A DNA stretch of 64,000 nucleotides from an uncultured delta proteobacterium. GTDB taxonomy: Bacteria; Desulfobacterota; WTBG01. Where the stretch lies: the NCBI GenBank assembly GCA_963793865.1, contig CAWCBP010000008.1, positions 64,001-128,000 on the forward strand, in the 5' to 3' direction. The notes beneath the pieces are model-generated. The model was not told the DNA's origin. It saw only the letters and a program-made list of their open reading frames with translations, and did not search any database. Shown here piece after piece: positions 36,394-46,254 of the stretch. Each line of letters begins with the position of its first letter. Positions within the stretch are counted from its first letter, which is position 1. Made by a program: the position numbers and the translations under genes.

Positions 36394-37635
36394 TCAGTGA
36401 ACAGCCTTGCCTATTCTTTCCCATCGCACACGATTGTTGCTTTTGTCCCAAGACCAGTAAATAAAACTGGCTTTAGCTTTAACATAATCTCTATCAACAA
36501 ATCCCCAGAAACGACTGTCAGCACTCTGATCCCGATTATCACCCAATACAAAATAAGAATTTTCAGGAACTATCTCAGGGCCATAGTTGTCCCTTGGTTG
36601 GAGGTTTCCTGGAATAACAGTTTGGTCTTTATAAACTCCATAGGGATCATCGTTAGACATATCATTAATGAAGAGATTTTTATCTTTGATAAAAATCTTA
36701 TTACCACCGAATCCTATTGCTCGCTTAATAAAATCCTTGGAAGTGTCCTTTGGATAAGCAAATATAATTACTTCACCATATTTTGGTTCTTTGAAATGGT
36801 AGATAAATTTATTAGCTAAAATCATATCTCCAGCCAATAGTGTTGGTTCCATAGCACCAGAAGGTATTTTATATGCTTGTACAACAAAAGTCTTGAAGAA
36901 CTGTTCATAAATCACCAAAAAATATAATCCTAAGAGTACTGGTATGAGCCATTTTAGATGCTGGCTTCTTAAACAACGTTTATCTGAAGGTTTATGAGCA
37001 GATTCTAATTGTGTGAGCTTAGAAGTTTTTAATTTTTGATAAAGAAAAGTAAGTGCCGCAATTGTCATGGGAATTGTTATTATGACACCTACTATTAAAG
37101 CGAGAAGGCCTAAAATATTAATGCCCAAGAGTACTAAGCCAAGAAGAAACAAATTGCCCTTTGCTCCTCTTGTGATGCAAGCACTTTTCTTGAGAGCATC
37201 AATTGGGTTCACATCCTCATCTATGATTATATATGGAGAAAACCCATATTTTATTGCCCAAATAATTCCCGGAATAATAAAGAGCATTAATCCAGTTAAT
37301 ATAATTAGGCCATAAATTGTTGAACAGATAAGAAAATTGAATAATAAATTAAATTCGGATATTAAGTCAGAAAACCTGGCATCATGGTTGTCATAAATTT
37401 TTAAACAAATTCTTATTAAGCCAATATCTATTGCCATTGAAATAAAAGAACCAATGGCACGAAAGCTTATTGACATATAAGGCATTGAGCTATCATAAAT
37501 ATTCTCAATTAAAACAAAAGTAGTGTTCAAAAAAAAGTTTGCAGCAACTATAGGGATAAGAAGAGAGAAATTGTTAATTATGGCAGTCCAACCATATTTG
37601 ATAGCTTCGCTTTTTGAAAAGCTTAACTTATTCAT
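36394..37635 (-). CDS. lepB: Signal peptidase I fused to an N-terminal multi-TM domain
   Basis: IPSGAMEPTL, FIKRAIG, FVLGDNRDQSADSRFWG. Confidence 0.85.
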   Translation of the reverse strand: MNKLSFSKSEAIKYGWTAIINNFSLLIPIVAANFFLNTTFVLIENIYDSSMPYMSISFRAIGSFISMAIDIGLIRICLKIYDNHDARFSDLISEFNLLFNFLICSTIYGLIILTGLMLFIIPGIIWAIKYGFSPYIIIDEDVNPIDALKKSACITRGAKGNLFLLGLVLLGINILGLLALIVGVIITIPMTIAALTFLYQKLKTSKLTQLESAHKPSDKRCLRSQHLKWLIPVLLGLYFLVIYEQFFKTFVVQAYKIPSGAMEPTLLAGDMILANKFIYHFKEPKYGEVIIFAYPKDTSKDFIKRAIGFGGNKIFIKDKNLFINDMSNDDPYGVYKDQTVIPGNLQPRDNYGPEIVPENSYFVLGDNRDQSADSRFWGFVDRDYVKAKASFIYWSWDKSNNRVRWERIGKAVH

Positions 37636-38310
37636 ATCTATGGCCTAGTTTTTAATAATATTACGGGGGATTCTGATATCAACTATCCATTAATTATATA
37701 TCGGTATTTATAGGGGACTCTTGAGGAGTGACTGAGGAGCTATGCAAAGAAGCGGTTTGTATTGTACCCCATAACATTTAAGGAAAAGTCTTAACACAGC
37801 ATTTGTGGTCAAAATCAGGGGTCAAGACAGTGACATTTACCAAGAATCTGAGTTTAACGCATGCCCAGGATACATCTGGAAACAAGCGTAAAATGAGGGA
37901 CATGATTTGTTAAGACTACTACCATGATGAAAAAATCGTGGAAGGCCTAAAATTAACTACTACGATAGCAACAACAATAAATGCCCGACTGAATAGCCTC
38001 TACCAAGCACATAAATCCAAGTCAAAGCTTCCTCATCCTGCTCAACTTCAAAATGATGCCATCTTCACTGTTCAGAAACAAACAGTTGCGCAATTCAGTT
38101 AATTGCATGGGCAGAATATGAGTGCCGAAAGAGATAAAGTACAAACCCCGAAGGTAGAAACCCTCGAGGTTTGTGGTGACCAATAACCGCCAAGTTTAGC
38201 AGTTTATGTTTTTTTATTTCATTGACCTGGATGCTGCAATTAAAATCATTGCATCAATATGATTAGAATTGAATCCCAAATGACGGTACTGAAGATGAAA
38301 AAAAATAACT

Positions 38311-39229
38311 TTATGCTTCAAGGTAGTCTCTCAATTTACGAACCGCCTGTCTGTGTTTTGATGGGCTCATGCGAGCGATATTCAAAAGCTTCCACTTGAC
38401 GGCGGGAAGGTTCTCAACCCCTTCAACACCTATCAACTCCCACCGGGGCATTCCTTCTTTGACAGAGACAATGAATTGTTTTTCCTCAACAGTCAATTCT
38501 CTTGCTATCATGGAGACCAGTTGTGCTCTGGTCTTTTCCAGCTCTTCGAAGGTCACCTCCTCCAAAGTCATGCCTTGAAATTCATTTTCAAAGGCAGGCC
38601 GCATATCGACAAATAGCGGATTGAGAACCTCTACCATAGGTCGGTCGTGGCTAATCAGATAAACGACAAAAGCCCTCCGCATGGCGGCACTGAAATTACC
38701 ATGTTTGAGGAGCATCATGATATCGTAGAAGTCCCGCGGGTGCTGGCGGTCCAGAGCGGCACAGATTTTCCCGGCATATAGTTCGTTTTCCGAAAGGATG
38801 AGACTCTCCACGGAAATCTCAAATAGGTCGACTGCTTTCTGAGAGATGACTTTCCTTTCGGGCGGATATACGGAACCCCGTATGACCAGATTCGGTTCGA
38901 TCTTGACGATCGTATCCTGTCTCTGCACAAACAATCCGATCAGTAAATCGGACCCTCTGGTTTTCCTTGGAGTGACCTTCGTTCCTGGAATCCTGCTCTC
39001 AATGTCCTGAGATATCCTTACAAGTGCAGAGCTTATCTCCTCGAAGGGATACATCTCTTTCGCCAACGGGAAGATACGCGAGGTCAATATCTACGGAGAT
39101 ACGGGGAAGATCCCGGACAAAAAAATTGATAGCCGTCCCGCCTTTCAGGGCGAAGGCCGCTTCTCTATCGATTATCGGAAGGATCCGCAGGAGCAATTCG
39201 GCCTGTTTGAAGTATACGCTATCGATCAT
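38311..39229 (-). pseudogene. AbiEii nucleotidyltransferase toxin, one frameshift near 39045
   Basis: LKGGTAIN, RISVDIDL, GKICAALDRQHPRDFYD over two frames. Confidence 0.85.
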
Positions 39230-40003
39230 GAAGGCGTTCCTTCATGATCGACGGGAACGGTTATCTGATATTTCGCGTCAAACCGGCCATGCGGCACGAT
39301 CATCCGCTTTCCTTTCCCGAGATAGATTTTCGATAAATCCAGCTTCGAGAACCAGGTGTGTTCCTGTCTCTCCGCCATATAAAGAAACAGCCTTTTCACC
39401 TTTACGGAGCGGCATGCCTCCAGCAGCCTCTGGACAACATCGGACGAAGGGTGACCAGGTTTTCCATGATCAATTGGGCCTCGTCGAATCCGACTTCTTT
39501 GGGTACCAGATGAAGCATCTCCATGGCCGCCCTTTCCGGCGCCGCTATCCTGACCGAAAAATCACGCTCCCTGAAATCGGTAAATCCCTCCCGGCAATCC
39601 GCGGGAAAGAGATTTGTCCGCGTCACAACAAATTTAACGCCGAAACGATCTTCCTTAAACCAGGCCGGCAATATCAGCCCTCGAGGGCCATAGAGAAAAA
39701 CCTTATTCTGCTTCGCCGGCAGGTAATGGGCATATCCTTTCAGTTCCAGGGCTGTTTTCCGCCGACATGGACAGGAAGAGAGAGCTGATTCTGAAGGGTA
39801 TAAAGAGCGCCCGGCCAATCCACTTTGTCCCCGGAGCGTATATATGCGCCGCGTCCAAACGGCTCCAGCCAGCCGCTGTTTTTATATTTTACGAGCAGAT
39901 CTCGACCGAAACCGGAAGCGGCAAGATAGGAAGTGGCACTGGGGGTACCGGCGATCCACTGATTGATCAGGCGGTTTATTTTTGTTTTACTTTCAGTACC
40001 CAT
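39226..40003 (-). pseudogene. AbiEi (AbiEi_3-type) antitoxin, frameshifts near 39756 and 39441
   Basis: KIN.L...W..G, YK.SGW...GRGAY, HVGGKTALEL.G.AHY, PERAAME, LRP..VQRLLEAC.SVKVKRLFLY. Confidence 0.85.
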
Positions 40004-40360
40004 AGTCATCAAATAACATCAAAATTAAACTAATGTCAAGAGAAAGTTTAAATATTAGTGTTTATGTAGACCTTTGGTCGTCAAATATGAATATTATTAA
40101 ACTTTTGAATGGCTGTAATGTCAAATGAGCATTTACAGATTGCGTTAAGCTTTTGCCTGAGGGGAAACGAGCTATCTGGGGGTAAAAAGGGCCTTTTATA
40201 GATCAATAATAATCACATTTCCAACTAATTCGTGGCCCGACACTGATCCAATCATTATTGGCAGACAATTGTACTTTTCCTATACTTATCTCATCAGAAA
40301 GTGATTTATTATCAAAATAAGGCACTTAGCCTTTTAATCAAAGTAAGGTCTTGTTAAATT

Positions 40361-41114
40361 ATGCGATGTATTTTATATAGGGCCCTACAAGAGAGGGTCT
40401 CTGGTTCGCAACACCAAGTATTTCTTATTGATTATTTTGTGGGCGACGACCACTGCCATGTCGACCAGACCCCGACGGAGGACATCACCACCTCATCCAC
40501 CGTTCTACCGCTGCCAAATTCTACCACCACGTCGAGTGTTGAGCTCGACACAGAAGAGCTGGAAAACTACATGGGAGCTTACGTACTCTCCACATACCAA
40601 ATTGGCATAAGTCCCACGGGCCCTTGCCGTGAACCGCTAAGTATTACGCTCGAAGAGGACACCCTTTCCATTTACAAAAAATCAGACCTAGCAAAAGAAC
40701 CGCCTACACTTCTTAGCAGTTTATTTAAGAACCATCGACCAAAAATCTGTACCGGTTGTGGAAGGGGAAACTTTTAAGTTTGAAGTCATTACTTTTGAAC
40801 CACAACCTCAGGGGATTAATTTTCACCTTTACGAAAATATCGTAGAAGATGTTGAATTAGCCCAAAGATTTTTTGATAGTTTTTATTTAACATCCAAGCA
40901 AAAAACTGGAAGACAATTTACAGAAGATGTGAACGAAAAGTCTGTCATGCTAAATATGGATTTAAGCCAATTATCAAAATCAAAGAAAATCACCCGCACT
41001 ATACTTAGTTCCGCTGAATTTTCTCATAAAAGCATTCAGGGTAAATCCCAGCGTCTTGTGACCATCAAACCCCCTAAGACAACAGAGCTGAAGTGCCAGT
41101 ATACAAAAGAATAG
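40361..41114 (+). pseudogene. Hypothetical protein fragments (two overlapping ORFs)
   Basis: ORF track; Thr/Ser-rich linker; no recognised family. Confidence 0.3.
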
Positions 41115-41669
41115 TCTCGCCCATACCACCACGGGTTGGGAAGAAGGCCGCAAACCCTTTGATGTTATTAAAAAGAACCTTCTCTGTGGTGGCGCTCTGT
41201 ATTCCGGGATCGGTAACGTAAAGGTCACCAACAAAGAATTTGAAGGCGGCCTGTCACAGTTCATTGGGACCCATAAAGGATTTGCAACGCGTGAAGCATT
41301 GCTTCGTTCGACTCGGCAGATATATCATTTTTTAAACCGCATCAGTATCAAGTCATTGGCGCCCCGGATGATATTAAAGATCCGGATATCGTCATGGTTG
41401 TGGCAGATGCGTATCGGGTGATGCGGTTGATTAAGGTCTATGCATGGAAGGCCGGCGAACTGGTTCATGGCATCTCCGGTTCGGGCTGGTGTACCAATTC
41501 CTTTCCACTTGTTTACAAAGCAAAAACAATGACCTATAATATGGGCGCCGAGACCTCCCGTGTCCTTATGAACCTCGACCCGGGAGAGATGTATTGCTTT
41601 ATTCATTACAACCTGCTGCCACTTGTCGTTGATAATTACAAAAACATCCAAACCGGTCTTGAGATGTAA
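41110..41669 (+). pseudogene. DUF169-like protein remnant, frameshifted
   Basis: PDIVMVVA...MRL...Y...G...C...P...SR......GEM pattern; upstream part in another frame. Confidence 0.5.
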
Positions 41670-41743
41670 GTGATGCTCACCCGTGATCAGCGGCATTAAG
41701 TGGCACCCGGATCAAGATCCGGGGTGATGGGGAGGATCTTCGT

Positions 41744-41926
41744 TTGCTGAACATATTTATCGATGCTGATGCGTGCCCGGTCAAAAATGAGGTGTACCGC
41801 GTCGCAAGCCGATATAGCCTTAACGTTACTTTGGTGGCCAACTCTCGGATGCGAGTTCCGAATGAACGATGGATTACTCTTGAAATTGTAGAGGACGGAC
41901 TCGACGCGGTTGATGATTGGATTGTC
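41744..41926 (+). pseudogene. YaiI/YqxD (UPF0178) protein, 3'-truncated
   Basis: IFIDADACPVK, LVAN, DAVDDWIV, then runs into intron sequence. Confidence 0.8.
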
Positions 41927-42074
41927 CTCACCTCTAGTCTCTGCACGTTCCTGCTTACATTTCCCCTTCGGCAGGCTTCGCTCAGGATTACCATATCTGT
42001 ACAATTGGATATTAGGCTTCCCTGAATTCACCCGATTTTTCAATCCCGATTTCTCGGGAAAGCTGCAACTTACT
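41921..42074 (-). ncRNA. Group I intron (5' part, P1-P7) in tRNA-Asn; 3' part absent
   Basis: IGS TGCAGC, P2 TCCCGA-GAAA-TCGGGA, P GAATTCAGGGAA, Q AATCCTGAG, R GCAGAGACTA. Confidence 0.88.
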
Positions 42075-42109
42075 ACAGCCACCCGCTCTACCTACTGAGC
42101 TACCGGGGA
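42075..42109 (-). tRNA. tRNA-Asn(GUU) 5' exon, nt 1-35
   Basis: TCCCCGG TA GCTC AGTAGGTA GAGC G GGTGG CTGT; U1 start typical of bacterial Asn tRNA; 3' exon not found. Confidence 0.8.
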
Positions 42110-42130
42110 GCATAACTGCTTAACAGAGAG

Positions 42131-42159
42131 TTTATAATTAAAAACACTACTTTTGTCAA
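42131..42159 (-). promoter_or_regulatory. sigma70 promoter of the tRNA
   Basis: TTGACA-17 nt-TATAAA on the minus strand, about 20 nt upstream of tRNA nt 1. Confidence 0.7.
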
Positions 42160-42339
42160 CTGTTATTGACTAAACAGGTATCGTCAATGCTTATGCCCCG
42201 GAATGATGGTTTCTCTTGTATCGCACCGGAAAAATTTCCTTGATAGTTGGGGTAAAAAACAGTATATATGTTCGCCCTGACCGCATTCCCGGCCGGGGTG
42301 ACAATTGATGCTCGCTTAATGAAATGAGGACGTTTTTTT

Positions 42340-42594
42340 GTGTTGTCGAAGAAGACAAAGGTTAAGTACCGGGCACGGAAAAAGAAAAGCAAGTTTCCCA
42401 CCGTAAGCATCCAGGTTTTTGACAAGTGGTGCAAGCGCTGCCATATTTGCGTGGAATTGTGCCCTCAAAAGGTGCTGGTGGTGGATGAAAATGGTTTCCC
42501 CACGGCGGTAAAGCCGGTTGAATGCAACCGCTGTGATTGCTGTGTCATGAGATGCCCGGACTTCGCTATTTCCATTTCCGGCGGTGATAAATGA
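42340..42594 (+). CDS. korD: 2x[4Fe-4S] ferredoxin, 2-oxoacid:ferredoxin oxidoreductase delta subunit
   Basis: CKRCHICVELCP and CNRCDCCVMRCPDFAI. Confidence 0.85.
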   Translation: MLSKKTKVKYRARKKKSKFPTVSIQVFDKWCKRCHICVELCPQKVLVVDENGFPTAVKPVECNRCDCCVMRCPDFAISISGGDK

Positions 42595-42673
42595 TGGGAT
42601 GGCGAAATGACGAACGCACGTTCTATGTCCAATGAGCAGGGTGACGGGAAAATAAATCGGTGTTGAAAATTCT

Positions 42674-42722
42674 GTAGGAGCGCATTTATGCGCGATACAT
42701 TCGCGGCTGAAGCCGCTCCTAC
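42674..42722. repeat. GTAG REP inverted doublet
   Basis: GTAGGAGCGC...GCGCGATACATTCGCGGCTGAAGCCGCTCCTAC. Confidence 0.8.
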
Positions 42723-42776
42723 CGTCCGCAATCATATTTCAGACCAGTTTCGGTTCGAAGCGGGTGAGTCTTAAGA

Positions 42777-43907
42777 ATGGTTGATGACAAAGCGAAAGTG
42801 AAGCTCTTGATGGGAAACGAGGCCTGCGTTGAAGGCGCGCTGGCGGCGGGCGTCAGGTTTTTCGGCGCCTATCCCATCACCCCCGCCAATGAAATCGGCG
42901 AGATTCTCTCCGACCGGCTCCCGGAGATCGGGGGCAAGTTCATCCAGATGGAGGATGAAATTGCCAGCATGGGCGCGATTATCGGCGCCTCGATCGGGGG
43001 CTTGAAATCAATGACCGCCACCAGCGGTCCGGGCTTCTCCCTCATGCAGGAGAACATCGGTTTTGCCGCCATGGCGGAGGTTCCCTGCGTGGTGGTTAAT
43101 GTGATGCGGGCGGGGCCGAGCACCGGCCTTCCCACCAGGCCTTCCCAGGGGGATGTGATGCAGGCCCGATGGGGCACCCACGGGGATCACCCGGTTATTG
43201 TTTTAAGCCCCCATTCAGTGCGTGAGACCTTTGACCTCACGGTCACGGCCGTTAATTTTTCCGAGAAGTACCGCCTGCCGGTGATACTGCTCATGGACGA
43301 AGTGATCGCCCACATGCGGGAAAAGATGACCGTGCCTCCGCCCGAATCCATCGAGATCATAGACCGGGTCAAGCCCACGGTGCCGCCCCAGTGGTATAAG
43401 CCGTATGAAGATAACCAGACCGGGGTTCCGCCCATGGCCAACTTCGGGGAAGGGTACCGCTACCATATTACCGGCCTCACCCATGATCAGATGGGGTTTC
43501 CCACCTCCCGCCTGGATGAGATCAAGGCCGGGATGGAGCGGTTATTTAAAAAGGTGACCCTCGCACTCAAGGACATTCAGCTCTATGAGTATGTCATGGT
43601 GGATGACGCGGAATTCCTGATTGTGGCATACGGGTGCGTGGCCCGGTCGGCACGAAAAGTGGTGCATGACTTGCGAAAGAAGGGAGTAAAGGCGGGGATG
43701 GTGCGACTGATCACCCTGTGGCCGTTTCCGCGCCGGGCGCTGGAGGCCATACCCAAAAAGGTTAAAAGGCTGATTGTGCCTGAAATGAACATGGGGCAGA
43801 TATACCGGGAAGTGCTGAGGGTCAACGCGGGCAGGGCAAAGGTGGTTAAGGTGAGCAGGATTGACGGGGAACTGATGACCCCGCAGGAAATTGCCGCTGT
43901 CTGCTGA
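42777..43907 (+). CDS. korA: 2-oxoacid:ferredoxin oxidoreductase alpha subunit
   Basis: GNEA, YPITP, QMEDEIAS, TATSGPG, RAGPSTGLPT, EMN. Confidence 0.93.
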   Translation: MVDDKAKVKLLMGNEACVEGALAAGVRFFGAYPITPANEIGEILSDRLPEIGGKFIQMEDEIASMGAIIGASIGGLKSMTATSGPGFSLMQENIGFAAMAEVPCVVVNVMRAGPSTGLPTRPSQGDVMQARWGTHGDHPVIVLSPHSVRETFDLTVTAVNFSEKYRLPVILLMDEVIAHMREKMTVPPPESIEIIDRVKPTVPPQWYKPYEDNQTGVPPMANFGEGYRYHITGLTHDQMGFPTSRLDEIKAGMERLFKKVTLALKDIQLYEYVMVDDAEFLIVAYGCVARSARKVVHDLRKKGVKAGMVRLITLWPFPRRALEAIPKKVKRLIVPEMNMGQIYREVLRVNAGRAKVVKVSRIDGELMTPQEIAAVC

Positions 43908-43934
43908 GTTGTACGGGATGAGGAACAGTTATCC

Positions 43935-44771
43935 ATGACTGATGAAAAAGAAGGCATCTATAATTATCTGCGCACGGACAAAAAATTTCCCCCCATATGG
44001 TGCGCGGGATGCGGCAACGGGATCGTCATGGGATCCATGCTCAGGGCGATCGGCGCCATCGGGCTCGACAAGGACCGGGTGGCGGTGGTTTCCGGCATCG
44101 GATGTTCGGGCCGGACGTCAACCTACGTTGATTTTAACACCCTGCATACCACCCACGGCAGGGCGCTGACCTTTGCCACCGGCTTAAAGCTGGCCCGTCC
44201 GGAGCTGACCGTGCTGGTGGCAATGGGAGACGGGGACGCCCTGGCAATCGGCGGAAACCATTTCATCCATGCCGCGCGGAGGAATATCGATCTTACCGCG
44301 ATTATCTTCAACAACTTCATCTACGGCATGACCGGCGGCCAGATCTCGCCGACCACCCCCGCGGGGATGATCGCATCCACGGCGTCGGCAGGCAACATCG
44401 AGCCGGCATTCGACATCGTCAGGCTGGCCGAGGCAGCGGGCGCGAGCTTTGTTGCCCGGGGGTCGGCCTTCCACATCACCCAGCTTAATGAGCTCATGGT
44501 ACAGGCCATCCGCAAGAAGGGATTTTCAGTGCTGGACGTGATTACCCAGTGCCCGCCCATCTACGGTCGTTACAACCGCATGGGATCCGGCGCTGAAATG
44601 CTGCGCTGGCAGGAAGGTCAATTACTGGACCGGCACGAGGCAGAGGGATTATCTGAAGAAGCGGTTAAGGATAAAATCCTGACCGGTGTGTTCGTGGACG
44701 CGGATAAGCCGGAATATTGCGAGGCATATGACCGCCTGGTAGCCAGGGTCCAGGGGAAGGCGGGTCGCTGA
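43935..44771 (+). CDS. korB: 2-oxoacid:ferredoxin oxidoreductase beta subunit (TPP binding)
   Basis: WCAGCG, SGIGC, HGR, GDGD, NN.IYGMTGGQ. Confidence 0.93.
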   Translation: MTDEKEGIYNYLRTDKKFPPIWCAGCGNGIVMGSMLRAIGAIGLDKDRVAVVSGIGCSGRTSTYVDFNTLHTTHGRALTFATGLKLARPELTVLVAMGDGDALAIGGNHFIHAARRNIDLTAIIFNNFIYGMTGGQISPTTPAGMIASTASAGNIEPAFDIVRLAEAAGASFVARGSAFHITQLNELMVQAIRKKGFSVLDVITQCPPIYGRYNRMGSGAEMLRWQEGQLLDRHEAEGLSEEAVKDKILTGVFVDADKPEYCEAYDRLVARVQGKAGR

Positions 44772-45355
44772 TGGCAGACTACTATGAAATGAGGCTTGCG
44801 GGGCTGGGGGGACAGGGGCTGATCCTGGCCGGCATCATTGTGGCGGAAGCGGCGGGGATTTACGAAGGCAAGGAGGTCGTGCAGACCCAGGCGTACGGCG
44901 CGGAAACCCGCGGCGGCTTCAGCCGCTCGGATATAGTCGTCAGCGACGAGGAGATACTCTATCCAAAGGCGTCGGAACTCGATTTTCTGCTGGCCATGAG
45001 CCAGAGCGCATATGAGGAGCATGTGGGCAGTCTTAAAAAGGACGGAGTGCTGCTCCTCGACAGCACCTACGTATCGGAAGTAAGCGGGGAGCGGACTTAT
45101 GCCATTCCCTTTTCAAAGATAGCCCGGGAGAAGTTCGGCAGGGAAAATGTGGCCAACATCATGGCCCTGGGCGCCATAACCCAGGTCTTTTCCCCCATTT
45201 CCCAGGAGTCCATGGAAAAGGCGGTTTTGAATAGAGTGCCCTCGCGGTTCGTGGATCTGAACAAAAATGCCTTCAAGGAGGGTGTGAAGCTGGGCAGGAA
45301 GATCTTTAGGGAGGCATCCCGGGAAGGCAGCCCATCTGAAGAGGAAGAGCTATGA
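44771..45355 (+). CDS. korC: 2-oxoacid:ferredoxin oxidoreductase gamma subunit
   Basis: [20 protein letters not shown]. Confidence 0.92.
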   Translation: MADYYEMRLAGLGGQGLILAGIIVAEAAGIYEGKEVVQTQAYGAETRGGFSRSDIVVSDEEILYPKASELDFLLAMSQSAYEEHVGSLKKDGVLLLDSTYVSEVSGERTYAIPFSKIAREKFGRENVANIMALGAITQVFSPISQESMEKAVLNRVPSRFVDLNKNAFKEGVKLGRKIFREASREGSPSEEEEL

Positions 45356-46254
45356 GCAGACAGGTGGTTCTCAGCACGGACTTCAAGGACATAAAGCTGG
45401 TGAGCAGGGGGAAGGTGCGGGACATTTACGATTGCGGCGATGCACTGCTCATCGTTGCCACCGACCGCATATCCGCCTTTGACGTGGTGCTTCCCGACGG
45501 CATTCCCTGCAAAGGGGCCGTGCTCTCCCAGATGTCCGCCTACTGGTTTGCCGAAATGCGCGAGGTGATAGACAACCATTTTATATCTGCGGACCCGGCG
45601 GGGTTTCCGCCCCTGTGCCGGGCTCACGCGGAAATCTTGAAGGGAAGGGCGATGCTGGTGAAGAAGGCCAAACCCCTGCCCGTCGAATGCGTGGTGCGGG
45701 GCTATCTGGCCGGTTCAGGATGGACGGAGTATCAGCGAAACGGCTCCATCTGCGGCATTCCCCTTGAGAAGGGGCTTTCCGAATCGGCGCGTCTTAAGGA
45801 GCCGATTTTTACCCCTACCACCAAGGCCGAGCAGGGGACGCATGACGAGAACATAACCATGGAGAAGATGGAAGAGATCATCGGGGCGGAACTGGCCCGG
45901 CGGGTGAAGGAGGTAAGCCTGCGCCTTTATGCCAAAGGGAGCGAAATGGCCCGCCGGAAGGGGATCATTATCTGCGACACCAAATTTGAATTCGGCCTGT
46001 TCCGGGGGGATCTGATTTTGATTGATGAAGTGCTCACGCCGGACTCCTCGCGCTTCTGGCCGGAAGCTGAATACCAGCCGGGAAGACCCCAGAGAAGCTT
46101 TGACAAGCAGTTTGTTCGGGACTACCTGCTCACCCTGTCGTGGGATAAGACACCGCCCGCGCCGCACCTGCCCGAGGATATCATCCGGAAAACCAGCGAG
46201 CGCTATCAGGAGGCCTTCACCAGGATAACCGGAAAGGAGCTTAGCCCCTGCTGA
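45352..46254 (+). CDS. purC: SAICAR synthetase
   Basis: [41 protein letters not shown]. Confidence 0.97.
   Translation: MSRQVVLSTDFKDIKLVSRGKVRDIYDCGDALLIVATDRISAFDVVLPDGIPCKGAVLSQMSAYWFAEMREVIDNHFISADPAGFPPLCRAHAEILKGRAMLVKKAKPLPVECVVRGYLAGSGWTEYQRNGSICGIPLEKGLSESARLKEPIFTPTTKAEQGTHDENITMEKMEEIIGAELARRVKEVSLRLYAKGSEMARRKGIIICDTKFEFGLFRGDLILIDEVLTPDSSRFWPEAEYQPGRPQRSFDKQFVRDYLLTLSWDKTPPAPHLPEDIIRKTSERYQEAFTRITGKELSPC

Noticed and set aside
41704..41726. CACCCGGATC-AA-GATCCGGGGTG hairpin as the missing intron P3'/P8
   Set aside because: No S element or 3' exon is adjacent; more likely an isolated palindromic repeat or terminator.
41885..41915. GTCGAGTCC on the minus strand as the missing tRNA T arm
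   Set aside because: Lacks GTTCG and a matching acceptor strand; it is yaiI coding sequence (GLDAV).
41926..42025. C-terminal part of the 41744-42025 ORF as genuine protein
   Set aside because: It is read-through into the antisense of the intron after the yaiI breakpoint.
42040..42109. Intact tRNA-Tyr(GUA) read through CTGTAGT
   Set aside because: No anticodon 3' stem, T arm or acceptor strand follows. The downstream sequence is group I intron core, and the U1-starting acceptor fits Asn.
42424..42465. CKRCH (and CRGCH in the flavoprotein at ~32860) as heme sites
   Set aside because: Both are parts of Fe-S cluster motifs in cytoplasmic proteins.
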